A DNA stretch of 64,000 nucleotides from contig CALVIZ010000002.1 in the NCBI GenBank assembly GCA_944331865.1, positions 12,227 through 76,226 on the forward strand, in the 5' to 3' direction. Of the stretch, positions 50,373-63,341 are shown piece by piece. The translations under genes were made by a program, and so were the position numbers. This DNA is from an uncultured Bacilli bacterium (GTDB lineage Bacteria > Bacillota_I > Bacilli_A > RF39 > UBA660). The notes under the pieces are model-generated. The model saw only the letters and a list, made by a program, of their open reading frames with translations, was not told where the DNA came from and searched no databases. How positions within the stretch are numbered: the stretch's first letter is position 1; each line of letters begins with the position of its first letter.

Positions 50373-50384
50373 TTATTTAAAATA

Positions 50385-50435
50385 TAATTTCATATATATC
50401 TGTAATGAAGCGTAGCGAATTAAGATATATATGAA
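50385..50435. repeat. Perfect 15-bp inverted repeat hairpin downstream of the second IS30 transposase
   Basis: atttcatatatatct - 21 nt - agatatatatgaaat. Confidence 0.6.
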
Positions 50436-50666
50436 ATTGGGGGTAATGTATCACTTAGTCTTGCAAAAATAATAATATTATTTGTTTCACTTAGTCTTTC
50501 AACAAAATAAGCAAAGGCTAGCATTGCTATGTCCTGAAATACTAAATGATACATTTTCTTAAAGTTTTTAATTAAAAAAGTACAATATTTTGTTGCACTT
50601 AATCTTGCATATTTACTTACTTTATTCTATTTCTTAAAAGTGTTGCAGTTAATTTTTCATTTTACC

Positions 50667-51974
50667 TTAGATTAATTTTTTAAATTCTTCTCCCCTATCT
50701 TCAAATTTTTGATATTGGTCTTGTGATGAACTGCCTGGTGATAATAATACTATTTCTCCTGGTTTTACATTTTCTTTTATTTTATCCATAGCTTTATTTA
50801 ATGTATAACATTTAAAACATTCAATCTTTATTTTATTTGCATAATTATCTATGGTATCAGTAACTTCTCCAATAGCATATATTGCTTTGACATTTTTAAT
50901 ATAATCATTTAATTCATTAAAATCTTGATTGCGATTTAAACCACCTAAAATTAGATGAATTGGTTTATTAAATGTTTTTAAAGCTGTAATTGTAGCTGTT
51001 GGATTTGTACTTTTAGAATCATTATAATATTCAACATTATTTTTGGTAGTTACATATTCAATTCGATGCTCTACACCATTAAAATTCTTTAAAAAATTTC
51101 TAACTTTTTCTTTATCTATTCTAAATTGTTTTAATACTAGTAAAGATGTTAAAATATTTTCATAATTGTGTTCACCTTTAATTTTAACTTCTCTTAAATC
51201 TAATAATTTTTCTTTATTTAAGTATAGTAAGTTATCTTTTATATAATTAATTTCATCGTTGAAATATATCTTCGTTGATTTAATATCTTTAGTTAAATCT
51301 AAACTATCAGGATTTTTCTTATTAATTATGGCAATATCTTTTTTAGTATGATGATTAAATATATTCTTTTTAGCTAATTTATAATTTTCATAACTACCAT
51401 GATAATCTAAGTGAGTAGGACATAAATTTGTAAGAACACTAATATTAGTTTTAAAATCAATAAAATCATATAATTGATGATCACTTATTTCTAAAAGCAA
51501 TATCGAATCATTATCAATTTCAGTTAATATATCACATAATGGATAACCAATATTACCCCCTAAAGTTACTTTGTAACCATGTAATTTTAATAATTCATGT
51601 ATAATCGTTACAGTAGTTGTTTTACCATTTGAACCTGTAACACCAATTATTTTAATGCCTTTTGGTAAATAATGATAAGCAAGTTCCATTTCATTTATAC
51701 ATTTTATATTTAGTTTCTTAATTTTTTGCATTATTTCACTAGTTGCCATTATAGCAGGATTTTTTATTATTAAATCATATTCATTTGATATTAAATCTAG
51801 TTGCTCTTCAGTAATAATTATTTTAACATTTAATTTATTTAATAATTCTTCATCTTTTTCCTTAAGTGGTTTTAAATCACTTAAGGTTACATCATTGTTT
51901 TTAGCTAATATCTTAGCTGCTGCTATTCCACTTCTTGCTGCTCCTAATATTAAAATTTTTTTATTTTCATACAT
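50667..51974 (-). CDS. murD: Mur ligase family protein, likely UDP-N-acetylmuramoylalanine--D-glutamate ligase
   Basis: N-terminal Rossmann ILILGAARSGIAAAKIL, ATP-binding P-loop GVTGSNGKTTT, about 435 aa. Assignment to MurD versus another Mur ligase is tentative. Confidence 0.6.
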   Translation of the reverse strand: MYENKKILILGAARSGIAAAKILAKNNDVTLSDLKPLKEKDEELLNKLNVKIIITEEQLDLISNEYDLIIKNPAIMATSEIMQKIKKLNIKCINEMELAYHYLPKGIKIIGVTGSNGKTTTVTIIHELLKLHGYKVTLGGNIGYPLCDILTEIDNDSILLLEISDHQLYDFIDFKTNISVLTNLCPTHLDYHGSYENYKLAKKNIFNHHTKKDIAIINKKNPDSLDLTKDIKSTKIYFNDEINYIKDNLLYLNKEKLLDLREVKIKGEHNYENILTSLLVLKQFRIDKEKVRNFLKNFNGVEHRIEYVTTKNNVEYYNDSKSTNPTATITALKTFNKPIHLILGGLNRNQDFNELNDYIKNVKAIYAIGEVTDTIDNYANKIKIECFKCYTLNKAMDKIKENVKPGEIVLLSPGSSSQDQYQKFEDRGEEFKKLI

Positions 51975-52046
51975 TTTTAGTCACCTATTTTAATTATATA
52001 TTTATAAATAATAAAATGCAATTAAATATTAATTAATAAAATAAAA

Positions 52047-52067
52047 AGAGTGATAAAAATCACTCCT
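52047..52067 (-). terminator. Terminator after rpoC
   Basis: GAGTGAT-aaaa-ATCACTC followed by a T-run on the minus strand. Confidence 0.6.
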
Positions 52068-52073
52068 TAAATA

Positions 52074-55000
52074 TTATAAATCAAGTTTTAAATCAGCATT
52101 ATCCATTAATTTTTCTTCTAATGCTTCACTAGCATCATCATCAATAATGTCTTTTTCTAATTGTATTTTAATATCACTATATTGTTTGTATCCTGTACCT
52201 GCTGGAATTAACTTACCAATTATAACATTTTCTTTTAATCCTTGTAAGTAATCAACTTTACCATGGATTGCTGCATCTGTTAATACTCTTGTTGTTTCTT
52301 GGAATGATGCTGCAGATAAGAATGAATCTGTTTCTAATGATGATTTAGTAATTCCTAGCATGATTGGATTTCCTTTTGCTGGAACTTTACCTTCAAGAAT
52401 TACTGGTTTGTTTCCTTCCGTAAATTCTCTTAATGATACTGTTAACCCTTCAACAAAGTCAGTGTCTCCAGCATCAGTTATTCTTACCTTATTAATCATT
52501 CTCTTAACTATTATTTCAATATGTTTATCTGAAATATCAACACCTTGTAATTTATAAACTTTTTGAACTTCTTTTAAAATGTATTCTTGAGCTGTAAGTG
52601 GGTCTGTTACTGCTAGTAATTCTTTTGGTGAAATTACTCCTTCAGTTAATTTTTCTCCCGCTTCAACTTCATCTCCTACATTAACACGTACTTTCATATT
52701 GTAATTTGTTACGTGTTCTCTTATGCCAGCAGCATTTTCAATAGTTATTATATGTTTGCCATTTTGTTCTTCTATACCAATAACTTTACCACTAATTTCA
52801 GCAATTGTTGCTTTTCCTTTTGGAGTTCTTGCTTCAAATAGTTCTTCAACTCTTGGTAAACCTTGTGTAATATCAGCATCACCACCATGGGCAACTCCAC
52901 CTGAGTGGAATGTACGCATTGTAAGTTGGGTACCAGGTTCACCAATTGATTGAGCTGCCATTATTCCTACTGCTTCACCTTTTTCAACTAGGTTACCAGT
53001 TGCCAAATTGCGTCCATAACATTTTTGACATACACCATTATTGGATTTACATGTTAATACACTTCTAATTTCTACTTTTTTAATGCCAGCTTTAGTTATT
53101 TTAGCAACAGCATTTTCCGTTATCATTTCTCCTGCTTCAACTATTACTTCTTTTGTTTCTGGATTAACTATTTTCTTAGATGCAAAACGACCTAATATTC
53201 TTTCTGCTAATGGTTCAATTATAGTATTATCTTTATCATTTATTAAATCATACACTACTAATCCTTGTACTGAACCACAATCGTAGTCTTTTACTATTAT
53301 GTCTTGTGCTACATCTACTAGTCTTCTTGTTAAATATCCAGAATCGGCGGTACGTAAGGCTGTATCAGCTGAACCTTTACGAGATCCATGGGTTGATAAG
53401 AAGAATTCTGATACGCTTAATCCTTCAATAAATGATGAAGTTATCGGAATTTCTACTGTTGATCCATCAGGTTTTGCCATAAGACCACGCATTCCTGCAA
53501 GTTGTGTGAAGTTGGATATTGATCCACGAGCTCCACTATTCATCATCATAAATATTGGATTATCATAATTATTTTTACTCAATTCTGCTAGTTCATCTTT
53601 GATTTCATCGGTTGCTTTGTTCCATGATGTAATAACATTTTCATATCTTTCATCTTCAGTTATTAAACCTCTTTGATATTGTTTATTAATTTTATCTACT
53701 TTAGCTTTGGCTTTTTCAATAATTTCATGTTTGTCATCACTTCTTACAACATCAGCAATAGATACTGTTACACCTGCAACTGTTGAATATTTAAATCCTA
53801 AGTCTTTTAATTTATCAAGCATTATAGATGTTTCAGTAGTCTTATATCTTTTAAATACTTGAGCTATTAGTTGACCTAATGTTTTTTTAATAAATGGAGA
53901 AACTAATTCCATCTTACTTATTTCTTCAGGTATATTTGCACCCATACTTAAGAAATATTTGTTTGGAGTTATTCCTTCAATGTTTTCTTTTGTTCCTTCA
54001 TTAACATATGGGAATGTGTCCGGTAATATTTCATTAAATTTTATTTTTCCAACTGTTGTTACTAAATATTTGTCTTTTTGTTCATCAGTAAATAATTTGT
54101 ATTTAAATGAATTTACAGGAATCGCTATTCTCGTATGAAGAGTTATTTCTCTTCTTTCATAAGCCATTAAAGCTTCATTTGGGCTTTTGTATACATGGCC
54201 TTCATTTGGTTCTCCTGCATATTCAATTGTTAAATAACAATTTCCTAATACCATGTCTTGAGATGGAGTAACTATTGGTTTTCCATCTTTAGGGTTTAAT
54301 ATGTTATTAGCTCCAAGCATAAGTATTCTTGCTTCGGCTTTAGCTTCTTCAGAAAGTGGTACATGAACAGCCATTTGATCCCCATCAAAGTCAGCATTAA
54401 ATGCTGTACATACTAGTGGGTGTAATCGTATGGCTTTACCACCAACTAAAACTGGTTCAAATGCTTGAATACCAAGTCTATGAAGTGTTGGTGCACGATT
54501 TAATAATACTGGATATTCGGTTATTACATCTTCAACTATATCCCATACCGCTTCATCACGAGCATCTATTAACTTTTTAGCTCCTTTAATGTTATGAGCA
54601 AGGCCTCTTTCAACTATTCCATTAATTACATGTGGTTTAAATAATTCTATTGCCATTTCTTTAGGTAAACCACATTGATACATTTTTAGGTTTGGTCCTA
54701 CAACAATAACTGAACGACCTGAATAGTCAACTCTTTTACCAAGTAGGTTTTGACGGAATCTTCCTTGTTTTCCTTTAAGCATACTTGATAAACTCTTAAG
54801 TGGTCGATTGCTTGCTGCAGTGATACTTCTACCACGTCTTCCATTATCAAATAATGAATCCACTGCTTCTTGAAGCATTCTTTTTTCATTTTGAACAATA
54901 ATTGTTGGTGCTCCCAGTTCAAGTAATTTCTTTAAACGATTGTTTCTATTTATTATACGACGATATAAATCATTTAAATCACTGGTTGCAAATCTGCCAC

Positions 55001-55736
55001 CATCAAGTTGAATCATCGGACGAAGTTCTGGGGGTATTACTGGAAGTACATCTAATACCATCCATTCAGGTTTGTTTCCTGATTCTTGAAATGCTACTAA
55101 ACAATCTAGTCTTTTTACTAAACGAATTCTTTTTTGACCAGTTGTATTTTCTAGTTCTTCTCTTAAATCAGCTATTTCTTTTTCTATATCAACTCTTTTT
55201 AAAAGTTCTTTAATGGCTTCAGCACCCATGCCTACTGTAAATGAATTGCCATATTTTTCATAATAAGCACGATATTCTTTATCTGATAAAGTTTGTTTAA
55301 CTTCAAGTGGTGCTGTCCCTGGATCTATTACTACATAACTTACAAAATATAATACTTCTTCTAAGTCTCTTGGTGACATGTCTAAAACTAGTCCCATTTT
55401 AGATGGTACACCTTTAAAAAACCAAATGTGTGAACATGGAGCAGCTAACTCAATATGTCCCATTCTTTCTCTTCTAACTTTAGAACGAGTTACTTCTACT
55501 CCACAACGATCACATATTATGTTTTTATATCTTAATCTTTTGTATTTTCCACAACTACATTCGTAGTCTTTAGTAGGTCCAAATATCTTTTCGCAGAATA
55601 AACCATCTCTTTCAGGTTTAAGGGTACGATAATTAATTGTTTCAGGTTTCTTTACTTCACCATATGACCAAGAACGAATCTTTTCTGGTGATGCAATACT
55701 TACTTTTATTCCTTTAAATTTACTTACATCAATCAT
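52074..55736 (-). CDS. rpoC: DNA-directed RNA polymerase subunit beta'
   Basis: Catalytic NADFDGDQM motif, Zn-binding Cys cluster at the N-terminus, 1220 aa. Immediately downstream of rpoB. Confidence 0.97.
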   Translation of the reverse strand: MIDVSKFKGIKVSIASPEKIRSWSYGEVKKPETINYRTLKPERDGLFCEKIFGPTKDYECSCGKYKRLRYKNIICDRCGVEVTRSKVRRERMGHIELAAPCSHIWFFKGVPSKMGLVLDMSPRDLEEVLYFVSYVVIDPGTAPLEVKQTLSDKEYRAYYEKYGNSFTVGMGAEAIKELLKRVDIEKEIADLREELENTTGQKRIRLVKRLDCLVAFQESGNKPEWMVLDVLPVIPPELRPMIQLDGGRFATSDLNDLYRRIINRNNRLKKLLELGAPTIIVQNEKRMLQEAVDSLFDNGRRGRSITAASNRPLKSLSSMLKGKQGRFRQNLLGKRVDYSGRSVIVVGPNLKMYQCGLPKEMAIELFKPHVINGIVERGLAHNIKGAKKLIDARDEAVWDIVEDVITEYPVLLNRAPTLHRLGIQAFEPVLVGGKAIRLHPLVCTAFNADFDGDQMAVHVPLSEEAKAEARILMLGANNILNPKDGKPIVTPSQDMVLGNCYLTIEYAGEPNEGHVYKSPNEALMAYERREITLHTRIAIPVNSFKYKLFTDEQKDKYLVTTVGKIKFNEILPDTFPYVNEGTKENIEGITPNKYFLSMGANIPEEISKMELVSPFIKKTLGQLIAQVFKRYKTTETSIMLDKLKDLGFKYSTVAGVTVSIADVVRSDDKHEIIEKAKAKVDKINKQYQRGLITEDERYENVITSWNKATDEIKDELAELSKNNYDNPIFMMMNSGARGSISNFTQLAGMRGLMAKPDGSTVEIPITSSFIEGLSVSEFFLSTHGSRKGSADTALRTADSGYLTRRLVDVAQDIIVKDYDCGSVQGLVVYDLINDKDNTIIEPLAERILGRFASKKIVNPETKEVIVEAGEMITENAVAKITKAGIKKVEIRSVLTCKSNNGVCQKCYGRNLATGNLVEKGEAVGIMAAQSIGEPGTQLTMRTFHSGGVAHGGDADITQGLPRVEELFEARTPKGKATIAEISGKVIGIEEQNGKHIITIENAAGIREHVTNYNMKVRVNVGDEVEAGEKLTEGVISPKELLAVTDPLTAQEYILKEVQKVYKLQGVDISDKHIEIIVKRMINKVRITDAGDTDFVEGLTVSLREFTEGNKPVILEGKVPAKGNPIMLGITKSSLETDSFLSAASFQETTRVLTDAAIHGKVDYLQGLKENVIIGKLIPAGTGYKQYSDIKIQLEKDIIDDDASEALEEKLMDNADLKLDL

Positions 55737-55745
55737 TTAACCCAC

Positions 55746-58700
55746 CTACTCTCCTTCATCCATGGTATCTATTTCATCAATACCTGGGAATTCTAAATCA
55801 TCTAAATCTTCTTCTTCATCTTCAATAGTTTCTTCTTCAAAGTCACTATTTTCTATGACTGGTTCTTCTACTACTTCTTCATTAGAATTAACTTCTATTT
55901 CATCTATTCTAAAGACGTCTGATTCATCTTCATCTTCTTCTATTTCTTTAAATTCAACTATTTTATCATCTTGATCAACTATTTGAACATCTAGTGCTAA
56001 GGCTTGGAACTCTTTAACTAAAACACGGAAACTTTCTGGTACTCCAGCTTGGTCAACTACTTTGCCTTTAACAAGAGATTCATATACTTTAACACGACCT
56101 ACAATATCATCAGCTTTTACGGTAAGTATTTCTTGTAATACATGACTTGCTCCATATGCATAAAGTGCCCAAACTTCCATTTCTCCAAATCTTTGACCAC
56201 CAAATTGTGCTTTTCCTCCTAAAGGTTGTTGAGTAACTAGTGAATATGGTCCTGTTGCTCTAGCATGAAGTTTGTCATCAACCATATGGTGGAGTTTAAC
56301 CATGTACATTACACCAACATTGATACGATGATCAAATAATTCGCCAGTACGACCATCACGAAGTTCTACTTTTCCATCTTCAGCCATTCCTGCTGCTTTC
56401 ATTTCTGCTAGTATGTCTTCCCATGTTGCTCCATCAAATACTGGAGTCGCATAGTGAACACCTAACTTTTTACCAGCCATTCCTAAATGTACTTCTAAAA
56501 TTTGACCTATGTTCATACGTGATGGAACACCTAATGGATTTAGCATTATATCTACTGGACGTCCATCTGGTAAATATGGCATATCTTCTTCTGGTAAAAT
56601 TAATGATATTACCCCTTTGTTACCATGACGACCTGACATTTTGTCACCAACTTGGATTTTTCTTTTTTGAATTATATATACTCTTATAACTTTAGATACT
56701 CCTGCTCCTAGTTCATCTGAGTTTTCTTTTGTGTAAACTTTAACATCGTGTACTATTCCCCCAGCTCCATGTTCAACACGTAGGGATGTATCTCTTACTT
56801 CTCTAGTCTTTTCACCAAAAATTGCATGTAACAATTTTTCTTCACTAGTTAGTTCTTGTACCCCTTTTGGAGTTACTTTACCAACTAAAATGTCGCCTTC
56901 TTTAACTTCAGTTCCAATTCTTACTATACCATCAGAATCTAAATTCTTACGAGCATCTTCTCCAACGTTTGGTATATCTCTAGTTATTTCTTCTGGTCCT
57001 AGTTTTGTATCTCGGCATTCAATATCATAGTGTGATATGTGTAAAGATGTGTATACATCATCTTTTACTAATCTTTCATTTAATATAACGGCATCTTCAT
57101 AGTTATAACCATTAAAAGTCATAAATGCTACAGTCATATTTTTTCCTAAAGCAAGTTCGCCTTTGTCTGTTGATGGACCATCTGCTAAAACTTGACCAAC
57201 ATGAACTTTATCTCCAGCTTTAACAAGTGGATGATGGTTTACACAACTTGAAGCATTACTACGTTCAAAATTAGCTAAATAATAAGTATCAGAGCCTTTA
57301 GCTACTTTAACTACTATTTTTAAACCATCAGCATATTCTACAACACCATCGGCTTTACATACTATTGTTGAACCAGAATCACGAGCTGCAGTATATTCAA
57401 CACCAGTTCCAACTATTGGTGCTTCAGTTTCAAGTAATGGTACTGCTTGACGTTGCATGTTGGCACCCATTAATGTTCTGTTAGCATCATCATATTCCAA
57501 GAATGGAATACAACTAGTTGTTATAGCAACAACTTGTGATGGGGCAACATCCATGAAATTAACATGAAGTTTATCAATATATACTGTATCCCCATTAATT
57601 CTTGCTATTACTTCATCTTCTACTATTTCATTTTCTTCATTTATTTTGGTTGTCGCTTGGGAAATGTAATAATCTTTTTCTTCATCGGCTGTCATATAAA
57701 TAACTTCATCTGTTACTTTACCATTAATAACTTTTTTGTATGGTGTCATTATAAAACCATATTCATTAATTTTAGCATATCCAGCAAGTGATGTTATTAA
57801 ACCAATGTTTTGACCTTCTGGTGATTCAATCGGACAAATACGTCCATAGTGTGATGCATTAACATCACGTACATCCATTCCTGCACGATCTCTTGATAAT
57901 CCTCCAGGTCCTAAACTTGATAATCTTCTTTTGTCTGTAAGTTCTGCAATTGGGTTAATTTGATCCATAAATTTAGATAATTGAGATGAACCAAAGAATT
58001 CTTTTAATGCTGCTGTTACGGGACGAATATTAATTAATGTCTTTGGTGTTATTGATTCTAATTCTTGAGTAGTCATTCTTTCACGAATAACTCTTTCCAT
58101 TCTAGCCATACCTATTCTAAATTGATTTTGAATTAGTTCTCCAACTTGACGAACACGTCTATTTCCTAAGTTATCTATTTCATCATCACTACCTATATTA
58201 CTATGTAATCCTATATAGTAATTAAGCGATGCATATACATCAGGTATTGTTAGTCTTCTTACATCTACTGATTGATCTGTTCCGATAATTGTAATAGTCT
58301 TCTTATTATCTAATGGATCTATTACTTTTACTGTTTGAATTTTATTATAATCATCTAATTCTTCATTTATTTTTACTTCTTTAACATTTAACCCATTTGC
58401 AAATAAAGGGCGTATTTTTTCTAATATTTCTTTGGTTATTAAAGTATTGCTTTTTACAACTTCATTGCTACCATCTATTATTGGTTCTGCTAAAGTTAAT
58501 CCTACTAAACGATCTAATACATTTAATTTTTTGTTAAATTTATATCTTCCTACTTTTGCTAAATCATAACGAAATCTATCAAAAAATCTAGTTATTAATT
58601 GATTCTTTGATGAATCTAAAGTTGCAGGTTCTCCAGGTCTTAATTTTTCATATATTTCAATTAATGCTTCATCGGTATTACTTGTACTATCTTTTTCTAA

Positions 58701-59360
58701 TGTATTTAATATATATTGATTATCACCAAATACTTCAATTATTTCTTCATCAGATGATAAACCTAATGCTCTTAATAATGTTGTTACTGTTACTTTCCTT
58801 GTTCTATCTATTCTTACATATAATACATCTCTAGCATCAGTTTCATATTCTAACCATGTTCCTTTATTAGGTATTAATTCACCACTAATTATATGACGTC
58901 CATTTTTGTCTATTTCTCTTTTGAAATATACACTTGGACTTCTAACTAATTGCGATACAATTACTCTTTCTGCTCCATTAATTATAAATGTTCCCGCATC
59001 AGTCATTAATGGCATATCACCTAAGAATATAGTTTGTTCTTTTACTTCACCTGTTTCATGCACATAAAGACGTGCTTCAACTTTAAGTGGTGCTGCATAG
59101 TTTACCATTCTTTCTTTTGCTTCTTTAATTGAATATCTTGGTTCATCAAAATAATAATCACCAAATTCTAGTGAAATATTACCAGTAAAACTTTCAACTG
59201 GGAATAAATCTTCAAAAATTTCTTTTATTCCCTCATTTAAGAATTGTTGATAGCTTTTCTTTTGAATTTCCAATAAATCTTTCAATTCTAAAACGTTTTT
59301 CGTTCTCGAAAAACTTCTTCTTTCACGATAGTCACCAAATTTTTTTACTTTATAAGCCAC
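55746..59360 (-). CDS. rpoB: DNA-directed RNA polymerase subunit beta
   Basis: Conserved RpoB regions including [13 protein letters not shown]. 1204 aa with an acidic C-terminal tail. Confidence 0.97.
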   Translation of the reverse strand: MAYKVKKFGDYRERRSFSRTKNVLELKDLLEIQKKSYQQFLNEGIKEIFEDLFPVESFTGNISLEFGDYYFDEPRYSIKEAKERMVNYAAPLKVEARLYVHETGEVKEQTIFLGDMPLMTDAGTFIINGAERVIVSQLVRSPSVYFKREIDKNGRHIISGELIPNKGTWLEYETDARDVLYVRIDRTRKVTVTTLLRALGLSSDEEIIEVFGDNQYILNTLEKDSTSNTDEALIEIYEKLRPGEPATLDSSKNQLITRFFDRFRYDLAKVGRYKFNKKLNVLDRLVGLTLAEPIIDGSNEVVKSNTLITKEILEKIRPLFANGLNVKEVKINEELDDYNKIQTVKVIDPLDNKKTITIIGTDQSVDVRRLTIPDVYASLNYYIGLHSNIGSDDEIDNLGNRRVRQVGELIQNQFRIGMARMERVIRERMTTQELESITPKTLINIRPVTAALKEFFGSSQLSKFMDQINPIAELTDKRRLSSLGPGGLSRDRAGMDVRDVNASHYGRICPIESPEGQNIGLITSLAGYAKINEYGFIMTPYKKVINGKVTDEVIYMTADEEKDYYISQATTKINEENEIVEDEVIARINGDTVYIDKLHVNFMDVAPSQVVAITTSCIPFLEYDDANRTLMGANMQRQAVPLLETEAPIVGTGVEYTAARDSGSTIVCKADGVVEYADGLKIVVKVAKGSDTYYLANFERSNASSCVNHHPLVKAGDKVHVGQVLADGPSTDKGELALGKNMTVAFMTFNGYNYEDAVILNERLVKDDVYTSLHISHYDIECRDTKLGPEEITRDIPNVGEDARKNLDSDGIVRIGTEVKEGDILVGKVTPKGVQELTSEEKLLHAIFGEKTREVRDTSLRVEHGAGGIVHDVKVYTKENSDELGAGVSKVIRVYIIQKRKIQVGDKMSGRHGNKGVISLILPEEDMPYLPDGRPVDIMLNPLGVPSRMNIGQILEVHLGMAGKKLGVHYATPVFDGATWEDILAEMKAAGMAEDGKVELRDGRTGELFDHRINVGVMYMVKLHHMVDDKLHARATGPYSLVTQQPLGGKAQFGGQRFGEMEVWALYAYGASHVLQEILTVKADDIVGRVKVYESLVKGKVVDQAGVPESFRVLVKEFQALALDVQIVDQDDKIVEFKEIEEDEDESDVFRIDEIEVNSNEEVVEEPVIENSDFEEETIEDEEEDLDDLEFPGIDEIDTMDEGE

Positions 59361-59454
59361 GATATCACCCCATACACAATTTTTTTAGACTATTTCTATT
59401 TAAAAAAATAAATATACCACCAATTTAAAATTTTAAATCTTAAACGGGATTTTG

Positions 59455-60054
59455 TCAACTAATTTTTGCTCGAAATACCAAAAAACCTTTACTTTTTTCT
59501 ACTATTTCTATATTATACCAATTTTCTAAAGCTTTTTTTGTCGAATTTGCTCCCTGATCTTTATTTATTACAAACCATAGTTCTCCATTTGTCTTTAAAT
59601 GATTTTTAGCTTCACTTAATATTTTTAATACAACTTCTTTACCAGCTCTAATCGGCGGATTAGTTATTATATAATCATATTTTTTGTCTATATTTTCATA
59701 GCAATTGCTTAAAAATGTCCAACAGTTGTCTATTTCATTTAACTTAATATTCCTTTCACATAAATGAACAGCTCTTTTGTTAACATCAATTATGTCAACT
59801 CTCGAATTTGTTACTTTGGCTAAAGTTATGCCAATAAAACCATAACCACCACCAACATCTAAAATGTCACTTTCTTTATCGTTTGTATGGTACTTTAAAA
59901 AACTTTCAACTAGTAATTTTGAACCAAAATCAATTTTATTTTTAGAAAACACTCCATTATCACTTAAAAAAGAAAAATTATATTCTTGGTATTGATAATA
60001 AATTGTTCTTATATCACTCTTTAAATTATCGTTATTTGTAAAATAATGTTCCAA
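59455..60054 (-). CDS. Class I SAM-dependent methyltransferase, small-domain type (YbxB/RsmC-like)
   Basis: Motif I LDVGGGYGFIG and motif IV TNPPI. 199 aa. Positioned immediately upstream of rpoB, as ybxB is in Bacillus. Confidence 0.75.
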   Translation of the reverse strand: MEHYFTNNDNLKSDIRTIYYQYQEYNFSFLSDNGVFSKNKIDFGSKLLVESFLKYHTNDKESDILDVGGGYGFIGITLAKVTNSRVDIIDVNKRAVHLCERNIKLNEIDNCWTFLSNCYENIDKKYDYIITNPPIRAGKEVVLKILSEAKNHLKTNGELWFVINKDQGANSTKKALENWYNIEIVEKSKGFLVFRAKIS

Positions 60055-60156
60055 TCAAAGTTCCCCTTTTCTTGACATATGTCTAGTATACAATAAAAAT
60101 TTATTTAAAGCAATGTTTTTTTGAAAAAAATAAAGAATTTCAATATTTAAAATTCT

Positions 60157-60657
60157 TTATTTACAACTTACTAATGGATAATTTAATTTGTAATTATTAT
60201 CTTCAATTAATTCTATTTCATTGTTGTTTGCATTAAGATACTTTTTCCCATTAGCTTCTATAATTTTACTGTTTTCAGTATTATATGTTATTATATTACA
60301 TTGGGGATTACAAATAAATAATTTTTCATTGTTTTTATCATCATATACCATTTGAAAATAGCCATCTTCAAAAAAAGGATTCACATAAGTCTCTTTTAGT
60401 AGTTTTAAATATGTTTCTACATCATCTCCGATGTATTCTTTACATACTATTCCATTATTATCTTCATACGAGTTTGCTGTGTTCAAATTTGTACTGTTAA
60501 ATATTTTATTTATTTTATTAATATTATTTAATAATTGTTCTAATTCATTATTTTTATTAGAGTTATTGTCATCATAATTATAAATTAATATACCTAATCC
60601 TAATCCAATAATTAATATAAATATGACTATTATTATATTTTTTTTCATTTTAAACAA
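60157..60657 (-). CDS. Small membrane-anchored extracytoplasmic protein (166 aa)
   Basis: N-terminal signal-anchor MFKMKKNIIIVIFILIIGLGLGILIY. Start overlaps the pilin-like gene. Confidence 0.5.
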   Translation of the reverse strand: MFKMKKNIIIVIFILIIGLGLGILIYNYDDNNSNKNNELEQLLNNINKINKIFNSTNLNTANSYEDNNGIVCKEYIGDDVETYLKLLKETYVNPFFEDGYFQMVYDDKNNEKLFICNPQCNIITYNTENSKIIEANGKKYLNANNNEIELIEDNNYKLNYPLVSCK

Positions 60658-62717
60658 CTTCCTTTTCCATTCCAGGTATACCCCGGTTTACAACAGTAAC
60701 AAAAATATTTATAATTTGTACATGATCCATATTGTGAAGGATTATAACATTCTCCTCCTGAATATCCTTCTGCACCACATGATCCACTATTAGAACAAAC
60801 CTGTTGAGGATCATATGTACTTGGACCACTTGATCCACCTGTATCACCGCCGCCAATATTACCACCACCTGTGCTTCCACCTGAATAATAACAACTTGTG
60901 CTGTCTTGGTATGAATATCTAAATCCCCCATAATAGTAATAACATGTTCTATATTTGTAACCTGGAGATTCACAAGGTCCCCAGCTATAATCACATGTTG
61001 AACTTGATTCACATGCTATTGTTGTTGTCCTTGTTTCTGTTCTTCCTAAACATTCATTATATCGACTTTGAATTTCATAGCCATAACTACTACAACCACT
61101 ATATCTGTATGTCCCTTCATTACAACATGCCGCAGATGTAACATTTCCTAGACTTCTAATTGTATAGTTGCCTAAACTATCTACAGCTTTAGCAAAGGCA
61201 TAATAAGTTGTGCCACAACTATAACTAAAAGTTTTACTCGTAGATGTAAAGGCAGATGATGAAGGTGTACTACTAGTGGTTTTTACTAAATAATATACAG
61301 TAATTGGTGGATTTTTATCTGTAAATGTCGCTGTAGTAATACTACCTAAACTTACTTTTCCTCCACTGACATATACTGGTCCTTCTTTATCTATATTATC
61401 AACTGTTATTTTTTCACATTTTACTTCAATAGCATTTTGAGCACAGAAATAGTATACACCGTTTTTATCTACTTCTTTTGTTTTAGTTACTTCAGTTAAA
61501 GCTGGATTTAATGTATTCCAACCACTTGCAGTGGTATCTGTTTGTGCATTATCAAAAAATCCAACCTTTAATATTCCTGAACCAGTGTCTTTGGCATTTC
61601 CTGTTAATGTGACATTGTTTTTAGTTGGGGCTGTAGGATAAGCACTTAAACTAATGCTATCAATACCATCATCTATTTTTTCAATTACTACTTTGGTATT
61701 GTCATTCATTTCTGATACATTACCTACTTTATCTATTGCTACTACTTGATATGTTCCTTCATTTTTTATTCCCGTAAATTCTATTTTGGTTTTTCCATCT
61801 ACTTCTTTATATGCTCCCGTTGTTGTACAACTTTTTAGAGTTTCTATACATGTTTCTAATTCTTCATTACATATTTTATATTCGTTTATACATTCTTCTA
61901 AATCCGTACTTAAATTTACATATATTCCTTTTAATCCTGATCCGTTTCCATCTGTTGCTTCTATACTTATACTTTTTTCTTTGCTCCATTCACTACTATT
62001 TGGTACTTCTATTCTTTCTATTATTGGTGATTCTTTATCTATATTTATTGTTGCACTTGCTTCTGCTTTTATTAATTGGTCTTCTTCTTTCCAATTTATT
62101 GTTAAGGTATATGGTATTTTACTTGCTACTCCTACTACTGCTTCTGTTGTTATCTTGGCTGTTGTTTTAGTTGTTCCTAAATTACTTTTCCATTCATATT
62201 CTTTTTCTCTATCTTCTAATACTTCATTATTTTGTAATCCCGCTAATGTTACATTATCTTTATACCATTTACTATTATCTGCTATTTCATAATTTATCCC
62301 ATCCGTTGATACTCCTATTAATAAATTGCTTTCTTTTTCATATTCTTTACATTTTCCATCTTCACTTCGATTACTTTCTTCTATATCTAATACCGATTTA
62401 TATTTCCCATCTTCATATGTACTTCTTACTAGATAACAATTTAAACTTTCATTTGTTACTGGATTGTATATATCTGTTTCATCATCTGGTTCTACATATC
62501 CAGCTAGTATTAAATCTTCAACACTTACTACAGTTATATTTGTATCATTGGCATAATTTTTTGCTTGAGTTTCAATATATGATATTGTATTTGCTAATTC
62601 TTGGTTTAACACATTTTCTTTAACTCTATTATATATAACTAGTGATAAACTTATTAATACTGCTAGTATTGCTATTGTTGCTAATAACTCTACTAATGTA
62701 AATCCTTTCTTTTTCAT
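60645..62717 (-). CDS. Large type IV pilin-like protein (690 aa) with a class III prepilin signal and a Cys/Tyr/Gly-rich C-terminal region
   Basis: N-terminus MKKKG|FTLVELLATIAILAVLISL, with Gly at -1 and Glu at +5 relative to the prepilin peptidase cleavage site. The C-terminal ~170 aa contain more than 20 Cys and many Tyr and Gly. Confidence 0.7.
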   Translation of the reverse strand: MKKKGFTLVELLATIAILAVLISLSLVIYNRVKENVLNQELANTISYIETQAKNYANDTNITVVSVEDLILAGYVEPDDETDIYNPVTNESLNCYLVRSTYEDGKYKSVLDIEESNRSEDGKCKEYEKESNLLIGVSTDGINYEIADNSKWYKDNVTLAGLQNNEVLEDREKEYEWKSNLGTTKTTAKITTEAVVGVASKIPYTLTINWKEEDQLIKAEASATINIDKESPIIERIEVPNSSEWSKEKSISIEATDGNGSGLKGIYVNLSTDLEECINEYKICNEELETCIETLKSCTTTGAYKEVDGKTKIEFTGIKNEGTYQVVAIDKVGNVSEMNDNTKVVIEKIDDGIDSISLSAYPTAPTKNNVTLTGNAKDTGSGILKVGFFDNAQTDTTASGWNTLNPALTEVTKTKEVDKNGVYYFCAQNAIEVKCEKITVDNIDKEGPVYVSGGKVSLGSITTATFTDKNPPITVYYLVKTTSSTPSSSAFTSTSKTFSYSCGTTYYAFAKAVDSLGNYTIRSLGNVTSAACCNEGTYRYSGCSSYGYEIQSRYNECLGRTETRTTTIACESSSTCDYSWGPCESPGYKYRTCYYYYGGFRYSYQDSTSCYYSGGSTGGGNIGGGDTGGSSGPSTYDPQQVCSNSGSCGAEGYSGGECYNPSQYGSCTNYKYFCYCCKPGYTWNGKGSCLK

Positions 62718-62783
62718 AAAATCATCCTATCTTTAATTAAATTATAACTAATATTATTTTATTTGTAAATAAAAAGCAGAAAA

Positions 62784-63326
62784 TTACTCTGCTTCTATAC
62801 AATAATAATTATTGCCTCCTAGTTTCCAACTTTCATTTTCATAATACATTTGACTTTTTGTTTCATCAAAATATATATCTTTTTTTAAGTCATCTCCTTC
62901 TAATGTAATATTACTTAAATCGTATTTTACTATATTTTTACAAGGATTATCTGTTTTATTAACATATAATGTCCCATCTATTTCTATATAATTATTTTTA
63001 TTTGTTTCTTCGGTTAAAGCAACTTGAATTGAAGATATAAAACTATTATTAAGCATATCATTAAATTCTTTTATTGATTTAATGTTTGTATCAGTAACTT
63101 TATAATAAATAGTATCTTCTATTAATATATTTTCTTCACTAGTTTTTATATCACCATATGTATAATAGTAATAATAATAATTATTTTCTAGTAATTCTTT
63201 AGCTGTTACCGTTAAATCTTCTTTTGGTTTTTCTTCTTTATTTATTAATTTCATTGCTAAAACTACTGCAATAATAATTAAAATTAATACAAATATAATT
63301 ATTAAAATCATTTTTTTATTTTTCAT
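62784..63326 (-). CDS. Membrane-anchored extracytoplasmic protein (180 aa)
   Basis: N-terminal signal-anchor MKNKKMILIIIFVLILIIIAVVLAM. Confidence 0.5.
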   Translation of the reverse strand: MKNKKMILIIIFVLILIIIAVVLAMKLINKEEKPKEDLTVTAKELLENNYYYYYYTYGDIKTSEENILIEDTIYYKVTDTNIKSIKEFNDMLNNSFISSIQVALTEETNKNNYIEIDGTLYVNKTDNPCKNIVKYDLSNITLEGDDLKKDIYFDETKSQMYYENESWKLGGNNYYCIEAE

Positions 63327-63341
63327 ACTATCTCCCTAATT

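Noticed and set aside
52360-58834. Numerous 60-120 aa plus-strand ORFs inside rpoC and rpoB (e.g. 52360-52557, 54902-55213, 56423-56689, 58607-58834), and similar ones inside ileS, clpC and the transporters
   Set aside because: They are antisense to long, highly conserved genes, have low-complexity translations and no RBS. These are typical AT-rich antisense frame artefacts.
60650-61012. 120-aa minus-strand ORF in an alternative frame within the pilin-like gene
   Set aside because: Fully nested in a different frame of the 690-aa gene. The His/Val/Gln-rich translation reflects the Cys/Tyr codon composition of the real frame.
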